Positions 1 through 12,803 of a DNA stretch of 64,000 nucleotides are shown piece after piece. Both the position numbers and the translations under genes were made by a program. The stretch covers positions 22,630,001 through 22,694,000 of the forward strand of contig OX597839.1 in NCBI GenBank assembly GCA_951406725.2, given 5' to 3'. This DNA comes from Octopus vulgaris. Its lineage: Eukaryota. The notes under the pieces were generated by a model that ran no database searches, was not told the origin of the DNA, and was given only the letters and a program-made list of their open reading frames with translations. Within the stretch, counting starts at the first letter, position 1; the number at the start of each line of letters is the position of its first letter.

Positions 1-49
<49 letters not shown>

Positions 50-165
50 GTGTGTGCGTGTGTGCCATTGTAGTTGACTCATGAGTTGCTAGGCCTTTCC
101 CAACTCATCTGTTGGAAATACTGTCGGAGGTGTGGGTGTCTTCTACATACACACACATACACACA

Positions 166-211
<46 letters not shown>

Positions 212-851
212 TTCCCCTTCCCCCCTCTACCTACACATACATGTGGCAGACTTCTAATAATAAACACTAAGGGTGTGTTTGAACATTATGAAGGAAAGCT
301 AACTAGTAGTGGTGGTGGTGGTGGTGGTAGTAGTAGTGGTGATAGTGTTGGTGGTGGTGGTGATGGTGGTGGCGGTGGTTGTGGTGGTAGTGATGTAAAG
401 CAAGGGGTTATTGATGATAGTGTTGGTGGTGGTGGTGGTGGTGGATGCAGTGGTGGTAAGCAAGGGGTTATTGGTGATAGTGGTGGTGGGGGTGGTATGA
501 TGGTTGATGAAATGAAGGGATCACAGAAAGACAGAGAGAGAGAGAAGGAGAGAGAGGGGGCGGTTAGTTCAATGTCAGTTAGTGTTATAGGAAAATATCC
601 CTATAATGGTAAATGACTCACCGTTGGCACCCCCCACCCCGCTCCAGTTTTACCTTTATTCTCTATTATAGTCTTACTCCCCTAACCTGTATATTGCACC
701 CCCTTCCCCCCCAAAAAAAACCCCACTTTTTAGGGTTAATATTCAACAATATTTGTGCAAACTGTAAATTTATTCAGGGTTATTTTCAGAGGAATTTTTT
801 CTTAGTTTACTTCTGTGTGTGTGTCTGCATCTGTGTGCGTGTGTGTGTGTG

Positions 852-937
<86 letters not shown>

Positions 938-1098
938 CATATATATAAATATATAAGCATGTGTGTGTATGAGTGTATGAGCATGTGAATGTGTGTAAGG
1001 ATGCATTGGTGTGTGTGTGTGTGTGTATGACCCTGTGTGAGAGTATGCATATGTGGATGAGCAAATGTGTGTGTGAGCACGAGTGTGTGTGTGTGTGT
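1..1098. repeat. Microsatellite cluster: (TG)n, (CA)n, (GGT)n, (GA)n, (TA)n
   Basis: Visible simple repeats at 1-64, 147-208, 303-500, 531-556 and 813-1098; these generate ORFs 74..616 and neighbours. Confidence 0.95.
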
Positions 1099-1659
1099 GA
1101 ATGTAAAAAGCAAAATCCGTAAAGGGTGTGGTTGGCTGGTTTAATCAACAAAGATAAACTCCCATCCAACATGAAGCAACAATGTTTTTTCACCTTTCTC
1201 CTGATTACAGGGGGGCGACGGGTGGTGGTGGTGGTGCTACTATTGTAGTCGGTGTTGTTGATGTTGTTGTTGTTACCTCCAAGTGGAACAACACTCAGCC
1301 AAATGATAATAATAATAATAATAATAATAATTAATAAAACTCTCTGAGAACCGTATCATCTTGGTAGTCACCTTCCTTGTAAACTGATGCCGACTTTGAG
1401 TTTCTGCTATGAAGAGGAGGATGAGGAGGCACTGGTTTAATGGTAGATCAGCTTCATATCTTGTTTACAGGTGATACCACACACATAATATGATGCCGCA
1501 CACATGTAATGCAGCACACACACACACATGTAATGTGACACACACACACACACACACGTATTAATTAAAACTGTAATAGGCCACCCTGAAAATATATTTT
1601 CTCGTGACAAAAAGTCATCCTTAAACGGGTGGAAAGACTGGTATTCACCTTGCAACAGG

Positions 1660-2154
1660 TCATATCCGGCCAAAATATTCTTCCTGCTTCATGTCCAAAC
1701 TGACCTAATCCAAACAGCCTCTTACACCTACCCTACAATGTCTTTCTAAGAATAAAGCAATCCAATCATTGAAATCTCAAAGCTAGGAGATAATGTCTGA
1801 TTAGTTCAAAACAATGGGAATAGATAAGCTTTATATTTGGGTGAGTAATATGAAGAATGCTAAAGGGTCAAAATAAGGACCACATGAACCAGTGAGGGAG
1901 CTTTCTCTGTAGTCACGTGACCTTACACAATGCAACAGCCAAGTCTCTCCCTCAACAAACTCCCTACTCTCTGACCCTTTAGCATGTAAACCAGCCATAT
2001 CTGACCCCTTACACCTATCCTACAATGTCGTTCTAAAAACAAACAATCACTTCATTGGAATCTCAAAGCTAGGAGATAATCCAGGATTAATTGAAAACAA
2101 TGGAAATAGATAAGGATTAGCATTTGATGGAGGAATCTTAACACTAAACGGTTA
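1660..2154 (-). mobile_element. Two degenerate copies of TTAA-type MITE family P1
   Basis: Share internal blocks (caccta[c/t]cctacaatgtc, aatctcaaagctaggagataat, aaacaatgg) with 30017-30875; ends ctaaagggtcaa and ctaaacggttaa. Confidence 0.7.
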
Positions 2155-2274
2155 ATTTATGAAATTGTTGCAAAATGTCTTCGGGGGCTGTGGACCCTTT
2201 TTTGTCTTTTTGTTTTTCCAATGATCAAACAACTTTGTGCAAACGTGTGTGTGTGTGTGTGTGTAGTGATAGTG

Positions 2275-2812
2275 AAGGCATGTAGCATGGTGGTGAGGAG
2301 CATTTGGTTCATGATCATAAGGCCATGAGTTCAATTCCTAGGAGCACACTGTGTCCTTGGGCAAAATACTTTATTACATGTTGTTCCAGTTCGCTCACCT
2401 GGCAAAAAATGATTTGTACCTGTAATTCAAAAAGGCCAAACTTGTCACATTCTGTGTCATGCTAAATCTCTCTGAGAACTACATAAAGGGTATGATTACA
2501 GGTAAGTTGACCACCATCAATTACCTGCAGGGAAAGTCCATTGCGATCAATTCACTGCGAGGAAAGTTTGCTAAGAAAATATATCCATAATATTTCACCA
2601 TGAATAATTAAAAAAACGATTTTATAGAAAAAAATTGATGAATTGATGATGGTGAACTTGCCCTGCAGTGAATTGATGATGGTGAAATTATTGGATATGA
2701 AAGGGCACATATGACTGGAGTACTCAACCACTTGCACATTAATTCCACAATAAGGCTCTTCTGTTGATTGGATTAACCGGAACCCTCATTACCATAACCA
2801 GTTGAGTGCCAG
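2275..2812 (+). mobile_element. Degenerate tRNA-derived SINE (family C/E-like) interrupted by a MITE
   Basis: Head aggcatgtagcatggtgg..gagttcaattcc; body tgtacctgtaattcaaa..gagaactac..ggagtactcaaccacttgcac matches 28037-28418. Confidence 0.7.
2493..2699. mobile_element. Inverted-repeat MITE (possibly Mutator-like)
   Basis: Subterminal inverted repeats accaccatcaatt..ctgcaggg / ccctgcagtgaattgatgatggtg; host sequence aaagggta (2485-2492) reappears as aaagggca (2700-2707). Confidence 0.55.
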
Positions 2813-2879
2813 CATGTTGAGATTTTGCTTATCATTGTAAGAGGGACTTGGTGCATGGGTTATTGTTTTGCACTTTTAA

Positions 2880-2956
2880 CCCTTTCATTACTGTATTTAT
2901 TTTGAGCTGCTCTGACTGAGCCAGAGCCGGTTTTGGCCGGGTTAGTAACAAAAGGG
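2880..2956. mobile_element. Internally deleted TTAA-flanked MITE (family P2, piggyBac-like termini)
   Basis: TTAA|ccctttcattac...gtaacaaaaggg|TTAA; both ends match the copy at 43148-43368. Confidence 0.8.
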
Positions 2957-3307
2957 TTAAAGGCCTGTAGAATGTCAAAAAAAAAAACCCTTATGTGGCA
3001 AACAGGTGAAGGTTGCTGCCAGAGAAAGCAGCTGGCTGTAGAATCCTGTAAAATCTAAGCTCAAATAACTCCCCATCTAACCCATGCCAGCATAGAAAAA
3101 CATGTTAAGCAAAGGAATGAATATGAATCCGTACAGGTACACAGAACAACAAGAGAGACGGCTCTGTCAGGCATCAAATCAACCTTGTGCAGGTAAAAAA
3201 GATGGACATTTGCCTGGTACGGTCCTGTATCTTGCCACAACTCCCTGTTCAAAACTAAGGGAGGGCAAAAGAAGGGCAGATGGAGAAAATCCTAGTTTGA
3301 CAATATC

Positions 3308-3538
3308 TGTCTATTTACTACCCACAAGGGGCTACACACAGAGGGGACAAACAAGGACAGACAAACGGATTAAGTCGATTACATCGACCCCAGTGCGTAA
3401 CTGGTACTTAATTTATCGATCCCGAAAGGATCAAAGGCAAAGTCGACCTCGGCGGAATTTGAACTCAGAACGTAACGGCAGACGAAATACGGCTACGCAT
3501 TTCGCCCGGCGCGCTAACGTTTCTGCCAGCTCGCCGCC
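3308..3538 (-). mobile_element. SINE family B, full length
   Basis: Minus strand starts ggcggcgagctggcagaaacgttagc; B-box-like gagttcaaattcc; central gcctttNatcctttcggg.tcgataaattaagtacc; 15-bp TSD tagtttgacaatatc (3293-3307 / 3539-3553). Confidence 0.9.
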
Positions 3539-3744
3539 TAGTTTGACAATATCAAGGACTTGACAGGTCACAACAGAGCGAACCTGCTATGCGTGACAGA
3601 GAACAGCAACCAGTGGTGATGGCTGAATGTGGAAGCATCTAGAATGGCAATCAGATGACTGGCAGCACCAATTAATGGCACTAGAAGATGATGATGATGA
3701 TGGTAGGTAGGAGTGTGTGAGCTTATGTGGCAGAGGAAAACTAA

Positions 3745-3786
<42 letters not shown>

Positions 3787-3891
3787 CTGGCCTTAGAATT
3801 AAAAATGTACAAATGAAACCACATCAGTCTAGACAAACTAAAATCAGGTGATTTAGTCCATTAATGCAAAACAGATTATGCAGATTACAGA

Positions 3892-3933
<42 letters not shown>

Positions 3934-4589
3934 ATATAATGACAATCAACAAAGATTTCAGTTTTTATTTTTCGTTCCTATTCTTCCCCGTTTCTTCCTA
4001 CAAAAACATGCAACATTTTCATTGTTACTTTCCTAGTTTAAACTCTAAAATTATTTCAAGATTTTTCAAACCATTTCTAGAACATCTGCACTGCTTCTGT
4101 GACAAGGTCATCCACGGTTCCACAAAAACTCGACTAAGTCATTCCTGACCGTCAAAGTAGTAGTCTCGTTTTATCGCTATTGTTAACGACAAGGACAATG
4201 GAATTAGGTTTTTAATTCATACCTTCAGGAAATGTAGGCCTTTAAAATGCTAACAAAGAAAATTCAACTAATTTGTCAGCAACAACAACAAGAATGGAAA
4301 CCATAACGTTATCCTTGATTCTCTCCAGAAAGAACTCTTGTGTTCTTCCATGTTCTCTAATTAGTCGTCTCTTTATCAAAGAGAACAATTTATTTTTGGA
4401 GAAAATATTTAACAGAAATAGCTACTCATATTAATATTATTAAGAAATAACAATGAATGGTGGAATCGGTAGAGCGTTGGATAAAACACCTTGTGGCATT
4501 TAGTTGCATTCTTTTCCTTCCTGGATTATTTTGCCTTTTAACCACCCAGGATTTGCAGAATAAGGAATTAGACAAATATTGGTTTCACA

Positions 4590-4758
4590 TTTTGGCACCA
4601 GGCACATTGACCCCAGTTGGTACACCAACCCCAGTGCTCTATTGACCCTGAAAGGCAAAGTCAACCTCGGCAGGATTTGAACTCAGAATGTAAAGAGGGA
4701 CAAAATGCCACTAAGCATTTTACCTGGTATGGTAACAGTTCTGCCAGCTCACCACCTT
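4590..4758 (-). mobile_element. Degenerate SINE family B
   Basis: gaaaggcaaagtcaacctcggcaggatttgaactcagaa..ttctgccagctcaccacc. Confidence 0.75.
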
Positions 4759-4836
4759 ATACCAGTCATATACTGAGGTCAGTTTCATCACATATACCTT
4801 CCTTCCAAATTCGGAACCTAGTGTTTCTGATATAAT

Positions 4837-5480
4837 CCCATCCATCCATCCACCATCTCTACCCACTATTCCAGGGGTGATGAGGATAGGGTCCTCAAGT
4901 ACCCCCTCCATAGAGTCCAATCTAAAGCAACCTGCCTGCTGGTTTCCTAAGCACAACCAATTGAGACTGTGGATATTCTGCAACCATCTCGTTCTTAAGG
5001 AGACCCCTAGGCCTCTCCTGCCAGTTGGCTCAGCTTGGAGAATCCGTTTTGTGGTTCTTTCCTGTGACATTCTAATCACACATCCATACTACTGCAGCTA
5101 TGATCTATTCATCCAGCATCTCTGCCGATTATTCCTCTGGGAGGGTCGTGGGCATAGAATCCTCAGGCACCTCCTCCATAGGGTCCAATCAAAAGCAACC
5201 ATCATTCCCCAGCACAACCAATTGAGATTGTGGATGTTGTCCAACCCTCTTGTTCTTGCTCAACTCCTTGCTCTCCTCTCAGATGACTCAGCTTGAAGAA
5301 TCCATCTTGTAATTCTTACCTGTACTATCTTCATCACATGACCATAATACTCGAGCTGTGACCACTATATGGAGGAGTGGTGGCTCAGCCTGGAGTGACT
5401 CCTTGATCTCCAAGCAACGGACCCTGTTGAGAAATGTTATTCCAGAGATCCTTTGGAGGAACCCTATTTCAATCACTTCT
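4837..5480 (-). mobile_element. RTE-like LINE 3' remnant (partly duplicated)
   Basis: Broken minus-strand peptides EIGFLQRISGITFLNRVRCLEIKESLQAEP and RMSQERTTKRILQAEPTGRRGLG..RTRW resemble the RTE ORF C-terminus; (GGAT)n tail at 4837-4852. Confidence 0.7.
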
Positions 5481-6342
5481 ATGGAGTAATTAACTGATAT
5501 AATTAAGAATTACTTCAGAATAATTATTTCCAACAAATGCATTAATTTACTACAATATCGCTGTAACAGGGTATTTATCAAACGATAATTACAATAGTTG
5601 AGTTAGAGTTAATATAATTAGTGTAATTAGCATTGAATACTTAATTAGAAATGTCTGTGTCAAGGAAGACAACATTTACTCAATGACTAATATTATTTTG
5701 ATAATTTCATGAATTATGGGAGATAACTTCAGGTATGTTTCAGACTTTTTGTACCTCCTCAGTCCTAATATTTACTAAAATGGAACATGTCTTCCAAAAT
5801 TATCAAAACAATATCTGTCTTTGAACTTAAAATGTCTATTTTCCCCATATAATTACATCTAATTAGTTACGAAACACTCATTACATTAAATATGTTAGCA
5901 CTAACTTAACTGTCGTTTTTCGTGTGAATGGTGTCTGGGTAATTAAATTCAGTGAGTTTTGTTTTGGTAAAATCTGCTATTTTCTCATGTGTCCTCATCT
6001 AAAACACTCTGTGTTTCCATGGTGACTCTCTCAGCCCTACATCACCATATAAGGTAAAGTCAAAGTCTCATCCTTTACCCCTAGAACTGTGAAAGACATT
6101 GTCAAGTACAAGGTGAAATGTCTCATACTGTTGGTTTGTTTGGCCCTTCACAGCATGGATTCAAAATCCTGCAGAGGTTGACTTTACTTTTCAGCCATCT
6201 GGGGCCCAAGAAAACAAGGACCAGCTCTATACTGCCAGTGGATTTGATCTTTTGTTTCCTTTCTTATCCAGGTTTTTAAATATTTTGTCAAAGTCAGAAA
6301 TCAATAGAAAATGATAGACACAAGAAAATTGACAAATACCAA

Positions 6343-6380
6343 AATGATGATGATGGTGATGGTGGTGATGATGATGGTGG

Positions 6381-6419
<39 letters not shown>

Positions 6420-6455
6420 GGATGGTGGTGATGATGATGATGAGGATGGTGGTGA

Positions 6456-6523
<68 letters not shown>

Positions 6524-6534
6524 GTGATGATGAT
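6343..6534. repeat. (GAT)n/(GGT)n trinucleotide repeat
   Basis: Directly visible. Confidence 0.95.
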
Positions 6535-6907
6535 AAAAGTTGTGACACGTATTTCATTTGCCTTTCATATTAATTTCTTGTGACCATTTAATGTTGGAAA
6601 TTTCTGATTTTTTTTTTCTCCCATTTTCTAAAAATCTAAGATTAATAAAAGAATTAAATGACTAAAACAAAAAATAAAAAAAAATAATAAAAATTAGTAA
6701 TTATGAGTGTAGTAGCTGCAATGATGGAAATTCTGTCTGGTGAGACTGGAACCATATTTCATAAGTTTCTAAAGAGAGATGCTTGTCTTGCACACTCAGG
6801 AAAAACAAAATATTCTAATTCATACTAAAAGAATAATTAATTTGTATTGTGTCCTACACAGCAAGAAAGATTATTATTATTATTATTATTATTATTGAGT
6901 GAGAGAG

Positions 6908-7305
6908 TGGAGGCACATGGCTGGCCTAGTGGTTAGAGCAGTTGACTTGCAGTAGAGGGATCTTTAGCTTCCTTCCTTTCGGGGTTGATAAAATAAGTAC
7001 CAGTTGAACACTGGGGTCAATGTTATGGACTTATGCACTACCTTGAATTTGCTGGCCTTGTGCCAAAATTTGAAACCATTTTTATCAAAGGTGGTGAACT
7101 GGCAGAATCATTAGCATGCCAAGCAAAATGCTTAGCAGTATTTCGTCTGTCACTACGTTCTGAGTTCAAATTCTGCCGAGGTCGACTTTGCCTTTCATCT
7201 TTTCAGGGTTGATAAATTAAGTACCAGTTACGCACTGGGGTCAATGTAACTAACTAGTCCCCTACCCTCAAATTTCAGGCCTTGTGCCTATAGTAGAAAG
7301 GATTA
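6908..7305 (+). mobile_element. Cluster of SINE fragments (tRNA-like head plus two family-B copies)
   Basis: tggaggcacatgg..agtggttagagc head; ggtggtgaactggcagaatcattagc..gtcgactttgcctttcatc at 7090-7305. Confidence 0.75.
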
Positions 7306-7851
7306 TTATTATTATTATTATTTTTACTGTTGTTGTTGTTGTTGTTGTTGTTCCACTAACAAGAATCACAAGATACCATTTTGTTTTTGTATCTGAATGG
7401 ATATTATTGTTAAAAGCCTCCATTTTAATAATTCCTTCATTTTGGCTCTACTTGAATGAAAGAAAAAAAAGAAGCCTATTATGGCCTGGAAGTCATTAAA
7501 GAAATGGATGCAAAAACATTAGAAAAAGATGAAAAGACTTTAAAATTCCCCCCCAAAAAAAAGAAAAAATAAGAAAATAAATGGCTGCCTAAAGGACTGA
7601 CTTTTGAAAATCTTATTGGAATCTTTTAGCTAAAGAATAGTTTTCGTTTGTCAAAGATATCGTTAAAATGCTGTTAATTTAGACAGTCACATAAAATAGT
7701 GGGTGGGTGGGTGGGGGTGGGAGCAGATGGTTTTATAGATTTTTTTTGTTTTTTTAGTACTAATGACAACCCATCTGCAATTAAAATGATGATTATTTTT
7801 GAAACATATAACGAAGTTGGATAATAATGGTGTAATAAGTAAAATTGGTTC

Positions 7852-7890
<39 letters not shown>

Positions 7891-8205
7891 TGTGTACAGT
7901 GCTCAGGTGCACTACAACTCATCTAAAGTGTATATATAATCAGGTGTAGTTTCGGCGGATTTCGGAAAGCATGAGGGCCTTAAAGGATGCAGTGTCATGG
8001 CAGTCAACAACTGACGCAGGCAGTTTATTCCATGCTTCAGCAACTCTGAGCGTGAAAAAATGTTTCCGAAAGTCATGGGAGCTGTGTTGTTTTCTGACTT
8101 TGTAGGCATGTCCACGTGTGTTAGACACATGGAGATCAAAAAGGTGTTCAGTGTTGTTGTTGGTGAGGTGGTTGATAACTTTGATAACTTCTGTGTTATA
8201 CAAGC
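7852..8205 (-). mobile_element. CR1-like LINE, 5'-truncated 3' end with (ATT)n tail
   Basis: Peptide NTRGHAYKVRKQ..RKHFFTLRVAEAWNKLPASVV..SFK is the typical CR1-clade ORF2 C-terminus; near-identical shorter copies at 37575-37737 and 55200-55408. Confidence 0.85.
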
Positions 8206-8794
8206 CACCCAACCAATATCACATACTTAATGCTGTGTGTTAGTTAAACACTTGCAACAGTAGTTTTTTTTTTTTTTTCTAAAGAAGACCCTTTTAAAGA
8301 TGCATAGTGTTAAAAAGACACAGGGGGCCTCCCTAAACAAAACACCACATCAACAAGTATTTTTATTGGTAATATTTACATTATGGAGCTGCTTCCAATA
8401 CAAAGTTTGAATTTTGTTCTACTTGTGCAACACTTTTGCACATCAGCAGATAGATTTTTACAGCATCTGCAAACTTCTGGTTGGCAACTCAAATTCATTT
8501 TGGAAGTGAGGCAAGTATACAACACTGATAATCAGAAAATTCTATGAAATCTCGATGTATACCATTCTTGTTCACTTCCAAAGTAGCTTCATTTCACCAA
8601 CTTTGAAGTATATTGTTTTCTAACACTAAATGACTCTGAAGGGGCCTACCATAGATGGAATATTTCAGCTACAAGTGCTTAACGAACACACATCCATTGA
8701 ATATGGGATATTTGTAATGTTTCCCTTATTATAACCTTCTTCTCAAAACATGTGAAACTATCTGTTTTAGAGGGATCAAAATTTTAAGGGCTAC

Positions 8795-9625
8795 TATCAA
8801 AATTTCATGTTAACTTATGTTCCAAACATCAGCTGAGAAATAAGAAAATTATTTTTAATAAATCCTTTATTACATTTGAAATTAATTGAAACAAAATCCG
8901 TATGGTAACAAAAGGATCGTTAAAGCAACCTAAACTTAAAAACCTTCCATCAAAATTTCATATTAATTTTATGTTCTGAACACCAGCTTTCAACAGAAAT
9001 CATCATCATCATCATCATCATTTAGCATCCGTTTTCCATGCTAGCATGGGTTGGACGGTTCAACTGGGGTCTGTGAGGCTGGAAGGCTTCATCAGGCCCA
9101 GTCAGATCTGGCAGTGTTTCTACGGCTGGATGCCCTTCCTAACGCCAACCACTCCGTGAGTGTAGTGGGTGCTTTTTACGTGCCACCCACACAGGTGCCA
9201 GACAGAGCTGGCAAACGGCCACAAACGGATGGTGCTTTTATGTGTCACCGGCACGGGGGCCAGGCGAGGCTGGCAACGGACACGAACGGATGGTGCTTTT
9301 ATGTGCCACCAACACGGGGGCCAGACAGAGCTGGCAAACGGCCACGAAACGGATGGTGCTTTTACGTGTCAGTGGCACGGGGGCCAGGCGAGGCTGGCAA
9401 CGGACACGAACGGATGGTGCTTTTACGTGCCACCGGCACGGGGGCCAGACAGAGCTGGCATGGTAACAAAAGGGTTAAAGTGATCTGAAATTAAAACCTG
9501 CCACCAAAATTTCAGGTTAATTTATGCGTCAAACACCAGCTTTATAATAAAACAGTTATTCTACTAAATTGTTCCACTAAATTATTTTCAGAATTAATTG
9601 GAGCAGAAACGGTAATAAAGAGATT
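8795..9625 (+). mobile_element. Tandem degenerate P2-like MITE fragments hosting a family-D insertion
   Basis: Repeated caaaatttca..ttaa(c/t)ttatg..aacaccagc and atggtaacaaaagg(gttaa) blocks. Confidence 0.6.
9001..9459 (-). mobile_element. Family D retroposon ((GAT)n tail) with ~60-bp internal tandem repeats
   Basis: (CAT)n then tttagcatccgttttccatgctagcatgggttggacgg..ggatgcccttcctaacgccaacc; five ggtgctttta(c/t)gtg.ca units at 9168-9459. Confidence 0.85.
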
Positions 9626-9744
9626 AGAGAAACAAACATAAAAAGTCTTAGAGGGAAACACTAGTTTTGCAGAGAACTGGCATCGATTCAGTCATAAAAA
9701 TGGTAAATCCTGTGAAGAAATCAATACAGGTTTGACTTTGTTGA

Positions 9745-9781
<37 letters not shown>

Positions 9782-10454
9782 TTCTGTTTATCAGTGTCAT
9801 ATATATCTTTCAACTTGGATAGAAGTTAATTGTTATCAAAACTCAAAAAAAAAATAAAAAAAAAAACCTGGAGTCATTTACAAGAATTTCCTGTCTGCAG
9901 TGGAACAGAAATCAAGGAATTTTTTTTTCTCCTTTTTGTTTCCTACCGTTGATCACAAAACATTGTTGCGAACTTGCATTAACCATTTATGACCCCCACC
10001 CCCACACCACCCACACCACCCTGTGGCTACAATATGCAGAATAAATCAGTGTAATCAGACAACTTCCTTATTAACGAAGGGCTGTAATATGTCCTTGTTT
10101 GTCTTTTATCTCGTTAACTGATCTCCCCCCTCCAAAAAAAAAAGAAATCAAGTTAATTCTTTCTGATTTACTTCTCCTTTCAAAGCTACACACACACACA
10201 CACACATCTGGGTGTGGGTGCTGTGAAGTAAAATCTGTCCCAAACACTCCATACATAATGTATAAAAGGGTGGGGTGGGGTGGGGTAGTGCGTGGGGGGG
10301 AATTACTACAAAGATAACTGGAAGACGTGATTGAGTCATTCGTTAATGAGTCACTCCTAATGATGTTGTAATCCAACACCAACAACACAACCAAACAGAA
10401 CATTAAACTTACACCCACACCTATACAGGCATACAGGTAGACGGAAGTAGGCAC

Positions 10455-10892
10455 ATGTATGTGTGTGTGTGTGTGTGTACTTATATATACACACATATAT
10501 ATATATACGTGTGTATATATATATATATGTATATATATATACATATATATATGTATATATACATATATATATGTATATATACATGTATATATATATCATC
10601 ATCATCATCATCGTCGTTTAGCGTCCGTTTTCCATGCTAGCATGGGTTGGACACTGCTATTATATATAATATACATATCTAATATGTATGTTATTATATG
10701 TATATTATGTATATTATATATACATATATATGTATATATACATATATATATACATGTATATATATATACATATATATGTATATATACATATATATATACA
10801 TGTATATATATATACATATATATGTATATATACATATATATATACATGTATATATATATACATATATATATATATACATATATATATACATG

Positions 10893-10926
<34 letters not shown>

Positions 10927-10985
10927 CACATATATATATATACACATATATATATGTATATATACATTTATATATACATGTATAT

Positions 10986-11021
<36 letters not shown>

Positions 11022-11048
11022 CTATATGCATACATGTAGACAGAAGTG

Positions 11049-11093
<45 letters not shown>

Positions 11094-11175
11094 TAATAAA
11101 TAAAATATATGCATACATACAAACATATATGTACCACTCAGTCTCTGTGTATGTATATATATATATATTTATATA
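10455..11175. repeat. Large compound (TA)n/(TACA)n microsatellite containing a family-D stub (10597-10652)
   Basis: Directly visible. Confidence 0.95.
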
Positions 11176-11307
11176 CGTGCGTGTGCACACGCAGGCTAAC
11201 ATGTTAAAAGAGAATAAGAAATGTCTCAACAAAAGCCATCAGTCCTGTTGTCACAATGCTGCAACCTACAACCTATCAATCAATACAGATCAATATATAT
11301 TACACAG

Positions 11308-11380
11308 GATTGTTCTGATGATATAAACAGCATATTTAAAAGGCTTTTGTCTGGGTGATGAAATTCTTAGTCAACAGATC
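11308..11380 (+). ncRNA. Hammerhead ribozyme motif (type I), stem II degenerate
   Basis: tgtt-CTGATGA(11315-11321)..GAAA(11360-11363)-ttctta-GTC(11370-11372)-aaca; stem I tgtt/aaca. Confidence 0.55.
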
Positions 11381-11635
11381 ATACGCAGAAAGCCGGGAAT
11401 AGATAATGCGTTATGGGTTGGGGCAAAGAATTCTACACAATTTGATGTAACATAGCAAACCTCTCTTTCTATTGTAATTCCGTTCACATCAAGAATGGTT
11501 TATGGCAGCAGTTCCCAATGTTTGTTGCACCAAGAACTGGTTTCATGCCAGACAAGTTTTTCCACAGCTAGGAGATCATATGCATAACAAAACAATATAG
11601 AGTATAATATATTGTTTAATTATTACATACATAAT

Positions 11636-11805
11636 GCGCAGGAGTGGCTGTGTGGTAAGTAGCTTGCTAACCAACCGCATGGTTCCGGGTTCAGTCCCAC
11701 TGCGTGGCATCTTGGGCAAGTGTCTTCTGCTATAGCCCCGGGCCGACCAATGCCTTGTGAGTGGATTTGGTAGGCGGAAACTGAAAGAAGCCTGTCGTAT
11801 ATATG

Positions 11806-11836
<31 letters not shown>

Positions 11837-12024
11837 TTGTCCCCCTAGCATTGCCTGACCACCGATGCTGGTGTGTTTACGTCCCCATCACTTAGCGGTT
11901 CGGCAAAAGAGACCGATAGAATAAGTACTGAGCTTACAAAGAATAAGTCCCGGGGTCGAGTTGCTCGACTAAAGGTGGTGCTCCAGCATGGCCGCAGTCA
12001 AATGACTGAAACAAGTAAAAGAGT
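11636..12024 (+). mobile_element. SINE family A (tRNA-derived head, CORE-like cttgggcaagt block, internal (TA)n(TG)n), young copy
   Basis: A-box tggctgtgtggt, B-box ggttcagtcc; tail ggtgctccagcatggccgcagtcaaatgactgaaacaagtaaaagagt; near-identical to 26670, 30344, 47683. Confidence 0.92.
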
Positions 12025-12426
12025 AATATTGCACATATATATTGCATATTAATTGTATATAGAAAGGAGCTTTAGTTTATGAACACCTGTCATTATGAAC
12101 ACCTGAATGTCTCAGGTGATGAACGGTGTCACGAGCAATGGACGTACAAGCCAGCACCAACAGTTGGTGACCAGCTGGGAGTCTGATGCAGAAAAGGGTC
12201 AGTAACTGTCTAGCTTGTGTTCAGTGCAGACACCTGTTCAAATTTGCTGTTTGTTCTCTTGGATTTCTTAGGGGAAAAAATTGCTTTGCTTTACAAACAT
12301 TTTGGATGGTGAATGGGCCTTCAGGAATGAATTAAATTCATAAGCCGAGGTTCAACTGTATACCAGATATACATGACATACATATATATTAGATATGTAT
12401 ATTATATATATATATTACGTACACAG

Positions 12427-12803
12427 GTGAAGGTGTGGCTGTGAGGTAAGAAGCTTGCTTCCCAACCACATGGTTCTGGGTTCAGTTCCGCTGCACAAAT
12501 TCTGCTATAGCCTTGGGCTGACTAAAGCCTTGTGAGTGGATTTGGTAGATGGAAACTGAAAGAAGCCATTCATACAGTGTGTGTGTGTGTGTGTGTCTTT
12601 GTGTCCATGTTTGACACCGGTATTGGTTTTTTTCCTCCGCCCTAATAGCGGTTCAGCAAAATAGACTAATGGAATAAGTACCAAGCTTTAAGAAAAAAAA
12701 AAAAACCAAGTCCTAGGGTTGATTTGTTCAATTAAAAACCATTCAAAGCAATGCTCCAGCATGGTCACAGTCAAATGACTGAAACAATTAAAAGAATAAA
12801 AGA
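12427..12803 (+). mobile_element. SINE family A, diverged copy
   Basis: Collinear with 11636-12024. Confidence 0.85.

Noticed and set aside
74-616. 180-aa Gly-rich ORF
   Set aside because: Built from (CA)n, (GGT)n and (GA)n repeats; non-ATG start; no domain
9085-9100. CTGATGA on the minus strand in family D (also 42691) and at 43433, 63152
   Set aside because: No correctly placed GAAA, stem III or NUH
10455-11326. Long YI/HT/CV-repeat ORFs here and at 21351-22383, 36939-37350, 39312-39844, 61930-62384
   Set aside because: Translations of dinucleotide and tetranucleotide microsatellites
11576-11851. Recurrent ORFs such as RQASFSFRLPNPLTR and MFIERKHLKLHEAPAG
   Set aside because: Chance frames within SINE families A and C
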